Positions 9,611 to 19,881 of a stretch of 64,000 bases of DNA are shown here, one piece after another. The notes beneath the pieces were generated by a model. The model saw only the letters and a list, made by a program, of their open reading frames with translations, was not told where the DNA came from and made no database searches. Source of the DNA: an uncultured Chlamydiae bacterium (GTDB lineage: Bacteria; Chlamydiota; Chlamydiia; Chlamydiales; Parachlamydiaceae); contig CAVWGN010000001.1 in NCBI GenBank assembly GCA_963754655.1, positions 2,272,001-2,336,000 on the forward strand, read 5' to 3'. Each line of letters begins with the position of its first letter. Position 1 is the first letter of the stretch. Position numbers and translations under genes: made by a program.

Positions 9611-11032
9611 ATGCAAGCTATCTCTGTTAATTCACAAATAATGTCACAAAATTTAAATGAAGTGTTCTTAGATACTTTATTTCCCAATGAACTTTTAAAA
9701 ATTATTTTTGATCAAATTGTCAATCAAAGCCAACCTTTGTGTGACATTTCTTCGCTTTTAATTACCTGTAAAAAATGGAAAAATATTCTTGAGGAGAATT
9801 CTTGTATCTCCTTAGTACAAGCTCTTTTTAAACTTAAAGACAATGATCGATCTGCTATTATACTTCCTCAAGAGTGTTTGAGAACCGAGCAAAAGCAGCG
9901 CTTTACACCTTATGAGCTTAAACTGATCGATCGAGCCCACCAGGAAAAAAAATTTGAAAATCTTTTAATGGTTAATTCAAACTTATTTCACTTAAACAGT
10001 TTATTTCTTTCTCTTTTGGATCATTATTCGTGGGACCCTGAAATTTGCAAAAAAAGTGCTAATAAAAATATTCAGTATGTGGCTAAAGAGCAATTATCTA
10101 TCCTAAGTTCTCTTGCATCAGGTACTGATGATCAACAATTAACCATTATCAAAAATGACTTTATTGAAAAACTTTATTCTAGCTGCCGAGGTCAACTATG
10201 GGAACAAGCAAAAACATCTGTCATTTCCACACTTAAAAAGGTTCTAATTAATGATAATAAAATTTTTATTAAAGCTGCCAGCTGTTTTGGATCTTCTGTT
10301 TTTGATATAGATGAAAGCTTTAAAAAAGATCGAGAGATTGTTTTGGCGGCCGTTCAGAAAGAAGGCAAGATCCTTCAGTTGGTAGATGAAAGGTTTAAAA
10401 AAGATCGAGAAATTGTCTGGGCGGCCGTTAATCAATATGGCTGGGCGCTTCAATACGCAGATGAAAGCTTAAAAAAAGATCGAGAGATTGTCTGGGCGGC
10501 TGTTCAGCAAGTTGGCTGGGCTCTTCAATATGCAGATGAAAGCTTTAAAAAAGATCGACAGATTGTCTTGGCGGCCGTTAAGCAGGATGGCTTTTCTCTT
10601 CAATATGCGGATGAATGTCTTAAAAAAGATCGAGAGCTTGTGCTAGCTGCTGTTAGGGAAACTGGCTGGAGTCTTAGATATGGAGATGAAAATTTAAAAA
10701 AAGATCTAGAAATTATCATGACTGCCGTTAAGCAAACGGGTGGAGCCTTTCAATATGTCAATGCAAGCCTTAAAAAAGATCGAGAATTCGTCTTGACTGT
10801 CGTTCAGCAAAATGGCGCGGTTCTTCAATTTGTAGAGGAAAGCTTTAAGAAAGATCGAGAGATTGTCTTAGCTGCTGTTAAGCAAGATGGAATGGCTCTT
10901 CAATTTGCATATGGAAGCTTTAAAAAAGATCAAGAGATTGTTTTAACTGCTATTAAACAGCGTGGTGGGGCCCTTAAATATGCACACGAAAGTCTTAAAA
11001 AAGCCTTAAAAAAGAACAAAAGATTATCTTAA
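9611..11032 (+). CDS. F-box-like and DUF4116-type repeat protein (9 repeats of 25 aa)
   Basis: FPNELLKIIF..LLITCKKW F-box-like motif; KKDREIVLAAV..G..L.YADESL repeats. Confidence 0.75.
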   Translation: MQAISVNSQIMSQNLNEVFLDTLFPNELLKIIFDQIVNQSQPLCDISSLLITCKKWKNILEENSCISLVQALFKLKDNDRSAIILPQECLRTEQKQRFTPYELKLIDRAHQEKKFENLLMVNSNLFHLNSLFLSLLDHYSWDPEICKKSANKNIQYVAKEQLSILSSLASGTDDQQLTIIKNDFIEKLYSSCRGQLWEQAKTSVISTLKKVLINDNKIFIKAASCFGSSVFDIDESFKKDREIVLAAVQKEGKILQLVDERFKKDREIVWAAVNQYGWALQYADESLKKDREIVWAAVQQVGWALQYADESFKKDRQIVLAAVKQDGFSLQYADECLKKDRELVLAAVRETGWSLRYGDENLKKDLEIIMTAVKQTGGAFQYVNASLKKDREFVLTVVQQNGAVLQFVEESFKKDREIVLAAVKQDGMALQFAYGSFKKDQEIVLTAIKQRGGALKYAHESLKKALKKNKRLS

Positions 11033-11122
11033 CAGTCATTCAAGAAGAGCTTAGCTATTTACTATTAGATTTAATTCTCTGAATGAAAAGTGTTTTAAAC
11101 TCCTTTTAATTAAAAAACAATT

Positions 11123-12271
11123 ATGCAAATGATCTCGCTTAATTTAAAAACAAAGCAAAATATTTCAGATGAAAATTTATTAGATAAATTTCTTCCTCAG
11201 GATGTGTTAGGAGTTATTTTCGAAAAGGTTGTCAATCAAAATGATGCTGTGCGTGCTATTTCTTCTATTTTACTTACCTGCCAAAATTGGAAAAGGGTGC
11301 TTGAGAAAAATCCTTGCATCTCATTGGTGCAGGCCCTTTTTCAAATTAAGAAAGGTCCTCAATCCGCTATTACGTGTCTCCAGGAGTGTAGAATAACTGA
11401 GCAAAAAAGTCATTTTACCCCTCAGGAACTTAAATTGATCGATCGAGCTAGCTGTGGGAAAAGATTTGAAAAATTGTTAATGTGTCAATCAGAATTATTT
11501 CAAGTGAATAGTTTATTTCTTTCTCTTTTGGATCGTTATCCATGGGATCCTGAATTTTGCAAAAACAGTGACAATAAAAACATCCAACTTGTGGCTGAAG
11601 AGCAATTGAATATTTTAAACGCTCTTGTATCAGGTACTGATGATCAACGATTAGCCGTTATCCAACACGAATTTTTCGAAAAGCTTTATTATAGCGGACG
11701 AAGTGCAGCATGGAAGCAGGTAAAAAGATCAGTTATTTTTACACTTAAAGCATTTCCCTCTTTTAACGATAAACCTATTTTTATTAAAGTTGCACGCTGT
11801 TTTGGAAGTTCTATTTTTGATATAAATGAAAATCTTAAAAAAGATCGAGAGATTGTTTTGGCAGCTATTCAATATTATGGCTACGCTCTTAAATATGCAG
11901 ACGAAAGCCTAAAAAAAGATCGAGAAATTGTCTTGGCTGCTGTTAAACAACAAGGCTACGCTCTTAAATATGCAGACGAAAGCCTAAAAAAAGATCGAGA
12001 GATTGTCTTGGCTGCTGTTAAACAACAAGGCTATGCGCTTAAATATGCAGATTCAACCTTTAAAAAAGATCGAGAGATTGTCTTGATTGCGATTCAGCAA
12101 ACTAGCGAAGCTCTTAAATATGCAGATCAAACTCTTAAAAAAGATCGAGAGTTTATCTTAACTGCCGTACAGCAAAATGGCTGGGCTTTTCAATTTGCAG
12201 ATAAAAGCCTTAAAAACGATCAAGAGTTTATCTTAAGGTGCCTTGCAGCCGTCAAGAAAGAAATTCTTTAA
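11123..12271 (+). CDS. F-box-like and DUF4116-type repeat protein, paralog (5 full repeats plus a partial one)
   Basis: LPQDVLGVIF..ILLTCQNW; KKDREIVLAAVKQQGYALKYADESL repeats; N-terminal half homologous to 9611-11032. Confidence 0.75.
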   Translation: MQMISLNLKTKQNISDENLLDKFLPQDVLGVIFEKVVNQNDAVRAISSILLTCQNWKRVLEKNPCISLVQALFQIKKGPQSAITCLQECRITEQKSHFTPQELKLIDRASCGKRFEKLLMCQSELFQVNSLFLSLLDRYPWDPEFCKNSDNKNIQLVAEEQLNILNALVSGTDDQRLAVIQHEFFEKLYYSGRSAAWKQVKRSVIFTLKAFPSFNDKPIFIKVARCFGSSIFDINENLKKDREIVLAAIQYYGYALKYADESLKKDREIVLAAVKQQGYALKYADESLKKDREIVLAAVKQQGYALKYADSTFKKDREIVLIAIQQTSEALKYADQTLKKDREFILTAVQQNGWAFQFADKSLKNDQEFILRCLAAVKKEIL

Positions 12272-12374
12272 GGGATCTCTTTCTCAAATAAAATCTTATC
12301 ATTACCATAAGAGCGTGCTTAATCGTATCACCCGCTTGCATGTTCTTTGCTATTATTTCTTTTGCCATTTCAAC

Positions 12375-13736
12375 TTATTTTATGTTCCCGGACACTTCCT
12401 CTAAGACTTGGTGTTGAGAAAAATAAAAGATCCAATCAGTTGCTATCAATTGTGCCTGGCGAGCATCAAAAGTATAGGTTGTTTTTGGAGCAGCACATTG
12501 GCAGAGACTCTTTAAACTGTCAAGATGGAGAACAATAAAATCCACCTCCCGCAGTGAAGAGAGCATTTCAATAAAAGCTTCATGCGATTCAATGTCGTCG
12601 ATATAGAGAACTAAAAATGCTTTTTCGGAGGCAATTTGCTTAATGGATTGAAACAAAGCTATTGTCAATTGTTTTATTTGAGAGAGTACTAAAAGATTAA
12701 AAGGCTGTCGTTTTAGCACTTCTTTGAGAACAAAGAGATGCTCTTGATCAAATAATTTATGACTCATATTGTGTTCAAAAAGACGCCAAGCTAAATCGGA
12801 TAAGGTAATGCGCGCGCACCCCACATGCTCAATGGCAATACCAGCCGCCACATTGCAAAGTTGTGCAGCTTCATCATAAGATAACTGATTTGCGATAGCA
12901 TAAGCCAGCATCGCTAACACTGTATCACCCGCTCCAGTGACATCTTTAACTTCTTTAGCATGGACAGGAAAATCAACACGTTCCCCCAAATCGTTAAACA
13001 AAGAAATTCCAGCCTCCGAACGGGTTACCATTAAAAGCTTTGCTTGACATTGCGGCAGGACGATGGCTGCTACAGTTTCTAAAGGAGTACTAGAGGGCAA
13101 ATTAGCCGCAGCATAAGCTTCGGATAAATTAGGTTTGATGATGGTTGTTCCCCTATATTTCCTGAAATCATGCCCCTTGGGATCAGTAATAATGGGAATT
13201 CCTAACAAATTAGATTGTTGAATAATGGCAGTCGATAAAGTGGAAGTCAAGAACCCTTTGCCATAATCTGAAATGGCCACCACCTGGACTCCTTGCAATA
13301 CGGATGCAAGCTGATCAATAATAGACTGTTCCAAAGCCTCATTAAGAGAAATGATTTGTTCGTGGTCAATACGCACGATTTGCTGATTATCTGCAATGAT
13401 GCGATTCTTGACCGGCGTGAAATAAGCCTCTTGAAACACAATCATTCTAGTGTCAACATTTTCCTTTTTCAACGCTTCTATAAAAGTATGACCCGCCCAG
13501 TCTTGTCCCACACGCCCAATAGCAACGACTTGTGCACCAAGGGATAATAAGTTAAGAATGACATTTCCAGCACCTCCTGGACGATGCTCTTCATGTTGTA
13601 CATTGACGATGGCAACGGGTGCTTCTGGAGAAATGCGACGGGCTTTTCCCATCGTATAGGTATCGATCAACATATCGCCTATCACTAAAATCTTCGCGGA
13701 ATTTAAGCGACTTAATACATTGGCAAGCTTTACCAT
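12375..13736 (-). CDS. hldE: D-beta-D-heptose-7-phosphate kinase (HldE/RfaE domain I) with degenerate C-terminal domain
   Basis: RISPEAPV, GGAGNV, ISDYGKG, DPKG and DVTGAGDTV motifs; adjacent to hldD. Confidence 0.85.
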   Translation of the reverse strand: MVKLANVLSRLNSAKILVIGDMLIDTYTMGKARRISPEAPVAIVNVQHEEHRPGGAGNVILNLLSLGAQVVAIGRVGQDWAGHTFIEALKKENVDTRMIVFQEAYFTPVKNRIIADNQQIVRIDHEQIISLNEALEQSIIDQLASVLQGVQVVAISDYGKGFLTSTLSTAIIQQSNLLGIPIITDPKGHDFRKYRGTTIIKPNLSEAYAAANLPSSTPLETVAAIVLPQCQAKLLMVTRSEAGISLFNDLGERVDFPVHAKEVKDVTGAGDTVLAMLAYAIANQLSYDEAAQLCNVAAGIAIEHVGCARITLSDLAWRLFEHNMSHKLFDQEHLFVLKEVLKRQPFNLLVLSQIKQLTIALFQSIKQIASEKAFLVLYIDDIESHEAFIEMLSSLREVDFIVLHLDSLKSLCQCAAPKTTYTFDARQAQLIATDWIFYFSQHQVLEEVSGNIK

Positions 13737-14728
13737 ACCTTCCCCAAAACTAAATAATGTCGGACATAATCAGCAACAGCATCTTCCAAGCTCATACAAT
13801 TGGCAGTTTCTTTCAATAATTTAGCAGTCTTAGTCATATCTGCACGACTATAATTTTGATACTTATTGACTAAATCGGATGGCATATCAATGTATTCAAT
13901 TTGTGGCGGTCGCTCTAAAGCGCGGTAAACAGCATGAGCTAGTTCATTCCAAGTGGAAGCGCGTGCACTTCCAATATTATAGATACCTCCTACATCATTC
14001 GTTAAAAAAGCACACGTCATCCGGACAGCATCTTTGACATAAATGAAATCTCGTTTTTGCTCACCATCGCTAAACTTTGTCGGCTCGGTCGATTTGAATA
14101 ACTTGACCTTTTCCCCTTTAAGAATCTGAGGAACCATACGCGTAATAGCTGAAGCCATGCGCCCTTTATGTGCTTCATTAGGTCCAAAAACATTAAAATA
14201 TTTCAATCCAACCAACTGATCTAAAACTCCTTCACTAAAAGCCCATTGATCAAACATTTGTTTGGAAAAGCCATACATATTAAGGGGTTCAAGATTAAAT
14301 ACATTCTGTTGATCATCTATAAACCCTTTAGAACCATCCCCATAAGTAGCCGCAGATGACGCATAGATAAAACGTTGTCCATTTTTAAGAGCATATTCAG
14401 CCAAACGCACACTATAGCGATAATTGTTTTCCAACAAATAGCTTGCATTTGTTTCCATCGTATCCGAGCATGCCCCTAAATGAATAAAAGCTTCAATAAG
14501 CGCTTCTTTGCCTTCTAACCAGCTGAACAGTTGCGACTTGGGAATGAAATCAATAAATTGCTTACCTACTAGATTCTTCCATTTTTCTGTTTGCCGCAAT
14601 TCATCAACAATGATGATATTATTCATTCCTATATTATTAAGATAACGCACAACACCTGAGCCAATAAAACCTGCTCCACCTGTCACCACAATCAATTGAT
14701 CATCATATAATTGCATACCGCGCTCCAT
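13730..14728 (-). CDS. hldD: ADP-L-glycero-D-manno-heptose 6-epimerase
   Basis: VTGGAGFIGS, HLGACSDT, YASSAATYG, PLNMYGFSK and YFNVFGPNEAHKGRMAS. Confidence 0.93.
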   Translation of the reverse strand: MERGMQLYDDQLIVVTGGAGFIGSGVVRYLNNIGMNNIIIVDELRQTEKWKNLVGKQFIDFIPKSQLFSWLEGKEALIEAFIHLGACSDTMETNASYLLENNYRYSVRLAEYALKNGQRFIYASSAATYGDGSKGFIDDQQNVFNLEPLNMYGFSKQMFDQWAFSEGVLDQLVGLKYFNVFGPNEAHKGRMASAITRMVPQILKGEKVKLFKSTEPTKFSDGEQKRDFIYVKDAVRMTCAFLTNDVGGIYNIGSARASTWNELAHAVYRALERPPQIEYIDMPSDLVNKYQNYSRADMTKTAKLLKETANCMSLEDAVADYVRHYLVLGKVW

Positions 14729-14942
14729 TAAAAGAAAAAGAGCAAAATAGCAAAAAACAATAAACTTTACCAGCTTTGCAAACGCTGGACCTTAAAATCT
14801 TTTTTAATCAAAAGATGTGGAATTAAATGTTGAGTAGGTTGTGTCTTAACAATGTTAGGACTCGATTATATGAGTTTTGGAGTCTCTTTTGCGATTCTCT
14901 TCATTAGAACCTTAAAAAAGGCATAAAAAGTTGTACATGGCG

Positions 14943-15470
14943 TTATTTTATAGAAACTCCACTTTTAACTTCTTTTTTTTCAAACAGATTTTCAAAATAA
15001 ATTAAAGCTAAAAGAACAAACAAAATACACGAGATAATAAAATCTATATATACAAAGGCTCCTGAATCGCCCGGATTGATTCCCCACTGTGCGATTTCTA
15101 GGGCATGTCTCATTCCTGTAAAAAGAAGAAATAAACCATAGCCAAATGCAGTTGCTGTTTGCCATCCTCTATTCATCCAGGGACTCATCATCCCAAGGAT
15201 TCCATAAGATATATTAGCTAACCCTAGTTCTAAAATAAAAGGGCTAAAAGGCCAATGAACATACTGAATCACAGAAGCTGAATAAAAGGTCTGCATGATT
15301 CCTGAGACTAATCCTTGCACTCCGATGCCAATGCAAATATAATAAAGCAAAATCAACTCAATTTTTTTTCCTCCTTTAACTTTGGCATGCAAAATGCCTA
15401 GAATTAAAGGCAGAAAAACTAATAAAAAAGAAAAAATAATATCAGCAATAGGAAATGAAAATGATTCCAT
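14943..15470 (-). CDS. Integral membrane hypothetical protein
   Basis: Several hydrophobic segments; W..SPF..ELGLAN motif. Confidence 0.6.
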   Translation of the reverse strand: MESFSFPIADIIFSFLLVFLPLILGILHAKVKGGKKIELILLYYICIGIGVQGLVSGIMQTFYSASVIQYVHWPFSPFILELGLANISYGILGMMSPWMNRGWQTATAFGYGLFLLFTGMRHALEIAQWGINPGDSGAFVYIDFIISCILFVLLALIYFENLFEKKEVKSGVSIK

Positions 15471-15740
15471 AAAGCTTTTACTTTAATAATGATTTTTAGG
15501 CTTGTTCGGGTTTGAGTAAACGACGTAAAAAACCGAAAAAGCTAAAATCGGGTTAATAATAAATTTCTGCTTAAAATCGAAAAAGCTTAGAGCATGTCCG
15601 AAATGCTAATGATCTTGGATATACAAATTTCAAATTTTAAAGAACACAACAATTCGCTCGATCTAGAATTTTGTAATTGAGTTTATGGGAAGATTCTCTA
15701 TTTTAGACAATAAGGTTGAAATTGGATGAACGATTTACAT

Positions 15741-16574
15741 TCATTCGGTGTACCAATTGAATAAAGTCCGATTTACAAAATGGGCAGGGAAAATGATTAA
15801 ATCAGATTGCTTGAAAGGCGTTCCTTGACCCAAACAGAAAAATGCAGATCCAGAACCAGACATTAAGGCAACTTCAAATCCATTTTTAAGCAGCCAAACC
15901 TTTAACTGATAAAGCTCGGGCTTGATCTCAAAGGCTGGCTTTTCTAGATCATTAAAATAAGGCAATGAGCCTGATAAGAAAAGATCTAGATCTCGTTGCA
16001 CTAGCATCTCTGAAACGGGATTCCCAAAGTTTAAACGTCGATATACCTCAGGCGTCGACAAACCTCCTTGAGGCTTAATGATCCATAAGTCGCGTCTTGC
16101 TAAAGAGGGAAGATGGCAAACGGATTCTCCTTTGCCTGTACAATAAGCCGTTCCTTGCGAGAAGAAAAAAGGAATATCAGATCCAATTTCCGAGCTCCAC
16201 TGTTTGAGAGTAGTAAGAGAAACACAAGCGTTAGTCAATTGATTGCACGCCCATAATGCCGTTGCTGCATTACTGCTTCCACCTCCTAAGCCAGACTGAG
16301 TCGGAATACGCTTAATCAGATGAATTTTAAAACCTTGTTTGAGTCCGGTTTTGCAACGAAAAAGCTCTGTTGCCTTCAAGATAAGATTTGAAGAATCGGT
16401 TGGCAAATGGGGATCCGTACAGGTCAATTCATCGCAGGTATGTAGCTTAATCGTTAACGTATCCCCAAGGCTAATAGTCTGAAAAACAGAAGATAAATTA
16501 TGATAGCCATCAGGCCGTTTTGAAATAATTCGTAAAAACAAATTAATTTTAGCAGGCGAAAATAGGCGCAGCAT
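15741..16574 (-). CDS. ispE: 4-diphosphocytidyl-2-C-methyl-D-erythritol kinase
   Basis: SPAKINLFL, RPDGYH, GLGGGSSNAA, IGSDIPFF and MSGSGS. Confidence 0.95.
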   Translation of the reverse strand: MLRLFSPAKINLFLRIISKRPDGYHNLSSVFQTISLGDTLTIKLHTCDELTCTDPHLPTDSSNLILKATELFRCKTGLKQGFKIHLIKRIPTQSGLGGGSSNAATALWACNQLTNACVSLTTLKQWSSEIGSDIPFFFSQGTAYCTGKGESVCHLPSLARRDLWIIKPQGGLSTPEVYRRLNFGNPVSEMLVQRDLDLFLSGSLPYFNDLEKPAFEIKPELYQLKVWLLKNGFEVALMSGSGSAFFCLGQGTPFKQSDLIIFPAHFVNRTLFNWYTE

Positions 16575-16582
16575 ATCCCTCT

Positions 16583-17281
16583 CTAGTACTCAACCACATT
16601 AGTTTTGTGTATTTAGACTGCTTCAAAGCCCCGGGTTAGGGTTCATTTTGTGCAAAAAATGAGCTTTATTTTTCACAATTAATTGGCATAGTTAAATTGA
16701 AGGTCGCATGTTTATGCCGTCCTTTCAGGACTCGATGTCTTTTTGATAGAACCCAGGCCTCCGCTTCGCTGCGACCTGGGCTGTAACATGACGGCCCTTC
16801 AGGCCTTAACAAAAAGACGATTTAGGGACTATAGAAGAGGGACTTAAACATCCCTTGTTAAGGCCTGAAGGGCCGTTATGTTACAGCCCAGGTCGCAGCG
16901 AAGCGAAGGCCTGGGTTCTATCAAAAAGACATCGAGTCCTGAAAGGACGGCCCTTCAGGCCTTAACAAAAAGATGATTTAGGGACTATAGAAGAGGGACT
17001 TAGACATCTCTTGTTAAGGCCTGAAGGGCCGTCATGTTACAGCCCAGGTCGCAGCGAAGCGGAGGCCTGGGTTCTATCAAAAAGACATCGAGTCCTGAAA
17101 GGACGGCATAAACATGCGACCTTCAATTCAACTATGCCAATTATTGTGACCCAGGGCATCGCCCTGGGTTAGATTAGCCCTCTTCATGTAGTCTGAAGGA
17201 CTACAAGAGAATCATCTCATCCCAACCGCGGGAGCTTTCAAGCAATCCCAATAGGCTAAAACTCATGTGACAGAGTACTTG
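16583..17281. mobile_element. Family C element (CTAG-ended inverted arms) containing nested REP-like family A repeats
   Basis: Left arm ctagtactcaaccacattagtttt; right arm aaaactcatgtgacagagtacttg; same arm found at 49476 and 49969. Confidence 0.65.
16673..17149. repeat. REP/REPIN-like family A cluster: inverted units plus a ~156-bp tandem duplication
   Basis: Unit gccgtcctttcaggac..acccaggcctccgcttcgctgcgacctgggct..ggcccttcaggcc in both orientations; outer arms tcacaattaattggcatagtt / aactatgccaattattgtga. Confidence 0.85.
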
Positions 17282-17447
17282 GCGTGTCATACTTAACCAT
17301 GGATACAAGCGTCATCTCATGTCATCAACTTAAATAAATTTATTGATGATAAGCGACGCCTAGCTTAAACTCATCTTTCAACTGATGCGCCTAAAGCTAA
17401 CGTCGCTTTTTTTACTCACTTTAATTCATTTCCCGCATATGGCAGGA

Positions 17448-17942
17448 TTACTCGGCAGCAGGCTGCTCTTCTTGAGAAGCGCGATATCCCTCTTCAGACA
17501 TCACCTTTAAATTAAAAGAAGTTGCGATTCCTTCTTTTAATTTCACAGGAATCATATGAACGCCTGTCGCTTTAATGGAATGTTTAAGTTGAATATTTTT
17601 CTTATCAAGCGTGACATTTTGCTGTTCTTTTAATAAGTCAACAATTTCATGTGCACTCACAGAACCATACATATGGCCTTCATGATCAACTTTCACAACA
17701 GTTGTCAAAGAGATGCCCTCAAGACGAGCTGCAATTTCTTCTGATTCGGTTTTATCAGCGACAGCTTTCTTTTGACGCTCTTCTTTCAGACGTTCTTGCT
17801 GACGCAAAGCTTGTTTATTAGCAATAACAGCTAAACTTTGAGGAAGCAAATAATTGCGGGCATAACCAGGTTTTACACTGACAATTTCGCCGCTGCGCCC
17901 TAAAGATTCTACATCTTCAATTAATAGTAATTTTGTTGCCAT
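17448..17942 (-). CDS. rplI: 50S ribosomal protein L9
   Basis: LGRSGEIVSVKPGYARNYLLP and MYGSVS; follows rpsR. Confidence 0.96.
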   Translation of the reverse strand: MATKLLLIEDVESLGRSGEIVSVKPGYARNYLLPQSLAVIANKQALRQQERLKEERQKKAVADKTESEEIAARLEGISLTTVVKVDHEGHMYGSVSAHEIVDLLKEQQNVTLDKKNIQLKHSIKATGVHMIPVKLKEGIATSFNLKVMSEEGYRASQEEQPAAE

Positions 17943-17960
17943 AGATTTTCTCCTTTAATC

Positions 17961-18221
17961 TTAAACTTCAGCAACAAATGGCAATAATGCCATATGGCGT
18001 GCACGCTTAATTGCAGCTGTCAGTTTCTTCTGGTGGAAGGCAGAAACGCCTGTAATACGTCTAGGTAAAATTTTGCCGCGTTCAGTGATGAAGTTGGTCA
18101 ATGTCCCAATATCTTTGTAGTCAATTTCTCTGATGCCAGCAGCTGTAAAAGGACAGCGCTTACGCTTCTTAGAGCGCATATCTGCTTGATCAGGATTATA
18201 TCTTGGTCTTCTTTGCATCAT
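17961..18221 (-). CDS. rpsR: 30S ribosomal protein S18
   Basis: [33 protein letters not shown]. Confidence 0.97.
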   Translation of the reverse strand: MMQRRPRYNPDQADMRSKKRKRCPFTAAGIREIDYKDIGTLTNFITERGKILPRRITGVSAFHQKKLTAAIKRARHMALLPFVAEV

Positions 18222-18233
18222 AATTCTAACTCC

Positions 18234-18578
18234 TTATTGCTGCTCAATTAGAGGTTTGAATTCAATTTTCTCCATCACCATATTGGCACGCAAAGTGATA
18301 AAGCGGATAAGATCCTCATTGAGGTGGTATTCTTGCCAAAGCTCAGAAATAGCTGACGTGGGAGATGTAAAGTAAATTAAGTAATAGTAGCCCTCTCGAT
18401 GTCCATCAATTTCATAAGCTAAGCGACGGCGTCCTTGTTCGTGAACTTTCTTGATTTCTCCACCACGACTTGTGATGCCGGCTTGAATGCGATCTAGCGC
18501 TTTGTGGCGAGCATCGTCGCTCAGCGTCGCGCTAATGACATACATTCCTTCGTAAAGGTTTTGTCTGTTTTGAATCAT
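18234..18578 (-). CDS. rpsF: 30S ribosomal protein S6
   Basis: YEGMYVI, GRRRLAYEI and GYY. Confidence 0.96.
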   Translation of the reverse strand: MIQNRQNLYEGMYVISATLSDDARHKALDRIQAGITSRGGEIKKVHEQGRRRLAYEIDGHREGYYYLIYFTSPTSAISELWQEYHLNEDLIRFITLRANMVMEKIEFKPLIEQQ

Positions 18579-18579
18579 G

Positions 18580-19239
18580 CTATTCTCCTCGCCCTGTGAC
18601 AGGGGGTTTTGTTAAATCGGTTGGCTCCGGTTCAGATTTTTGCTGGGTCTGACGCGGAACGATATTGACACTTGTCATGACGTGCGAAAAGCTTTCCTTC
18701 AGCAGACGCTGCAAGACTTCGACGCCACGGTCAATAAAAGTCGGTAATTCTTGTTGTTCTGTATGGCTAAATGACTCTAACACATAATTTGCCAACATTT
18801 TCTCACCTGGATGACCAATTCCCATACGCAAACGCTTGTAGTGAGTGGTTCCTAAGCAAGCTTCAATGCTTTTTAATCCATTGTGTCCTCCAGCACTGCC
18901 CATATTTCGCAGCCTAAGCTGCCCAAAAGAAAGGGCAATGTCATCAGTTACAATGATCAAACTTGTCAGAGGCAGTTTAAAATAATCGACATAACGCCGA
19001 ACTGCATTTCCGCTTAAGTTCATATAAGTTAAAGGCAACATGAGGTGAATCATATGATGATCCTTTCCTCCTTTAGCCACGCGAGCATTAAAACGTCGAT
19101 CTTCTTTCAAAGACCATCCCAGTCGATGTGCCAATTTTTGAACGACCAAATAGCCCATATTATGGCGGGTCATCTCATATTGCGGTCCTGGATTACCAAG
19201 CCCAACAAATAAAAAATATTGCAAATTAGTCTGGGTCAC
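18580..19239 (-). CDS. pth: Peptidyl-tRNA hydrolase
   Basis: VGLGNPG, TRHNMG, TYMNLSG and GSAGGHNGLKS. Confidence 0.96.
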   Translation of the reverse strand: MTQTNLQYFLFVGLGNPGPQYEMTRHNMGYLVVQKLAHRLGWSLKEDRRFNARVAKGGKDHHMIHLMLPLTYMNLSGNAVRRYVDYFKLPLTSLIIVTDDIALSFGQLRLRNMGSAGGHNGLKSIEACLGTTHYKRLRMGIGHPGEKMLANYVLESFSHTEQQELPTFIDRGVEVLQRLLKESFSHVMTSVNIVPRQTQQKSEPEPTDLTKPPVTGRGE

Positions 19240-19253
19240 GTTCTATCAAAATT

Positions 19254-19814
19254 TTATCGTTTTACAATAACAGCTACGACCTCATTCAAATTAGCAAGAG
19301 GGCGAACCGTCTCGGGAATTTGGAGATCTTTTAATCTCTTGGACTGTCTAAGGCCTAATTCACGAATATCTAATTCGAAATAAGAAGGAAGCTCTTTAGG
19401 CAAACAGCGAACGCGCACATGGCGGATCACTTGACGCAGAACTCCACCAAGCTTAATTCCCACGCAATCCACTTGTCCAACACATTCAATGGGAACTTTG
19501 ATATTGATTTTGTGGTCTTCGGCTAATTCTTCGAAATCTAAATGCGTAACAGCATAAGTCGTAATCGCATATTGAATGTCCTTGATGACCACTCGGCGTT
19601 CAAGGCCCTTATCATCGACTAATATAAAAATCGTCGTTGGCAGATGGCCTGGCTTGACATGACGCAAATAGGAATTAAATTCATTCGCATTGACAGCTAA
19701 GACTTCTCCGCTTTTTTCTTTTACATAAAGAACGGCAGGAATATAGCCTTCGCGGCGAAGTTTCTTCACTTCGCTTTTGCTATCCGCTGTTCTTTTTACG
19801 GTTTGCAATTTCAT
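19254..19814 (-). CDS. rplY: 50S ribosomal protein L25 / Ctc
   Basis: [12 protein letters not shown] and HLDF; ATG at 19814 preceded by ggagg. Confidence 0.93.
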   Translation of the reverse strand: MKLQTVKRTADSKSEVKKLRREGYIPAVLYVKEKSGEVLAVNANEFNSYLRHVKPGHLPTTIFILVDDKGLERRVVIKDIQYAITTYAVTHLDFEELAEDHKINIKVPIECVGQVDCVGIKLGGVLRQVIRHVRVRCLPKELPSYFELDIRELGLRQSKRLKDLQIPETVRPLANLNEVVAVIVKR

Positions 19815-19881
19815 GAATCCTCCAAAAAGGATAAAGTTAAACAAATTTCAAATAAAATTTTAAAAAACCCAACATTTAGGT

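Noticed and set aside
16790..17106. Possible CRISPR array
   Set aside because: Two ~156-bp units with near-identical spacers, inverted copies and no cas genes; this is a REP-like duplication.
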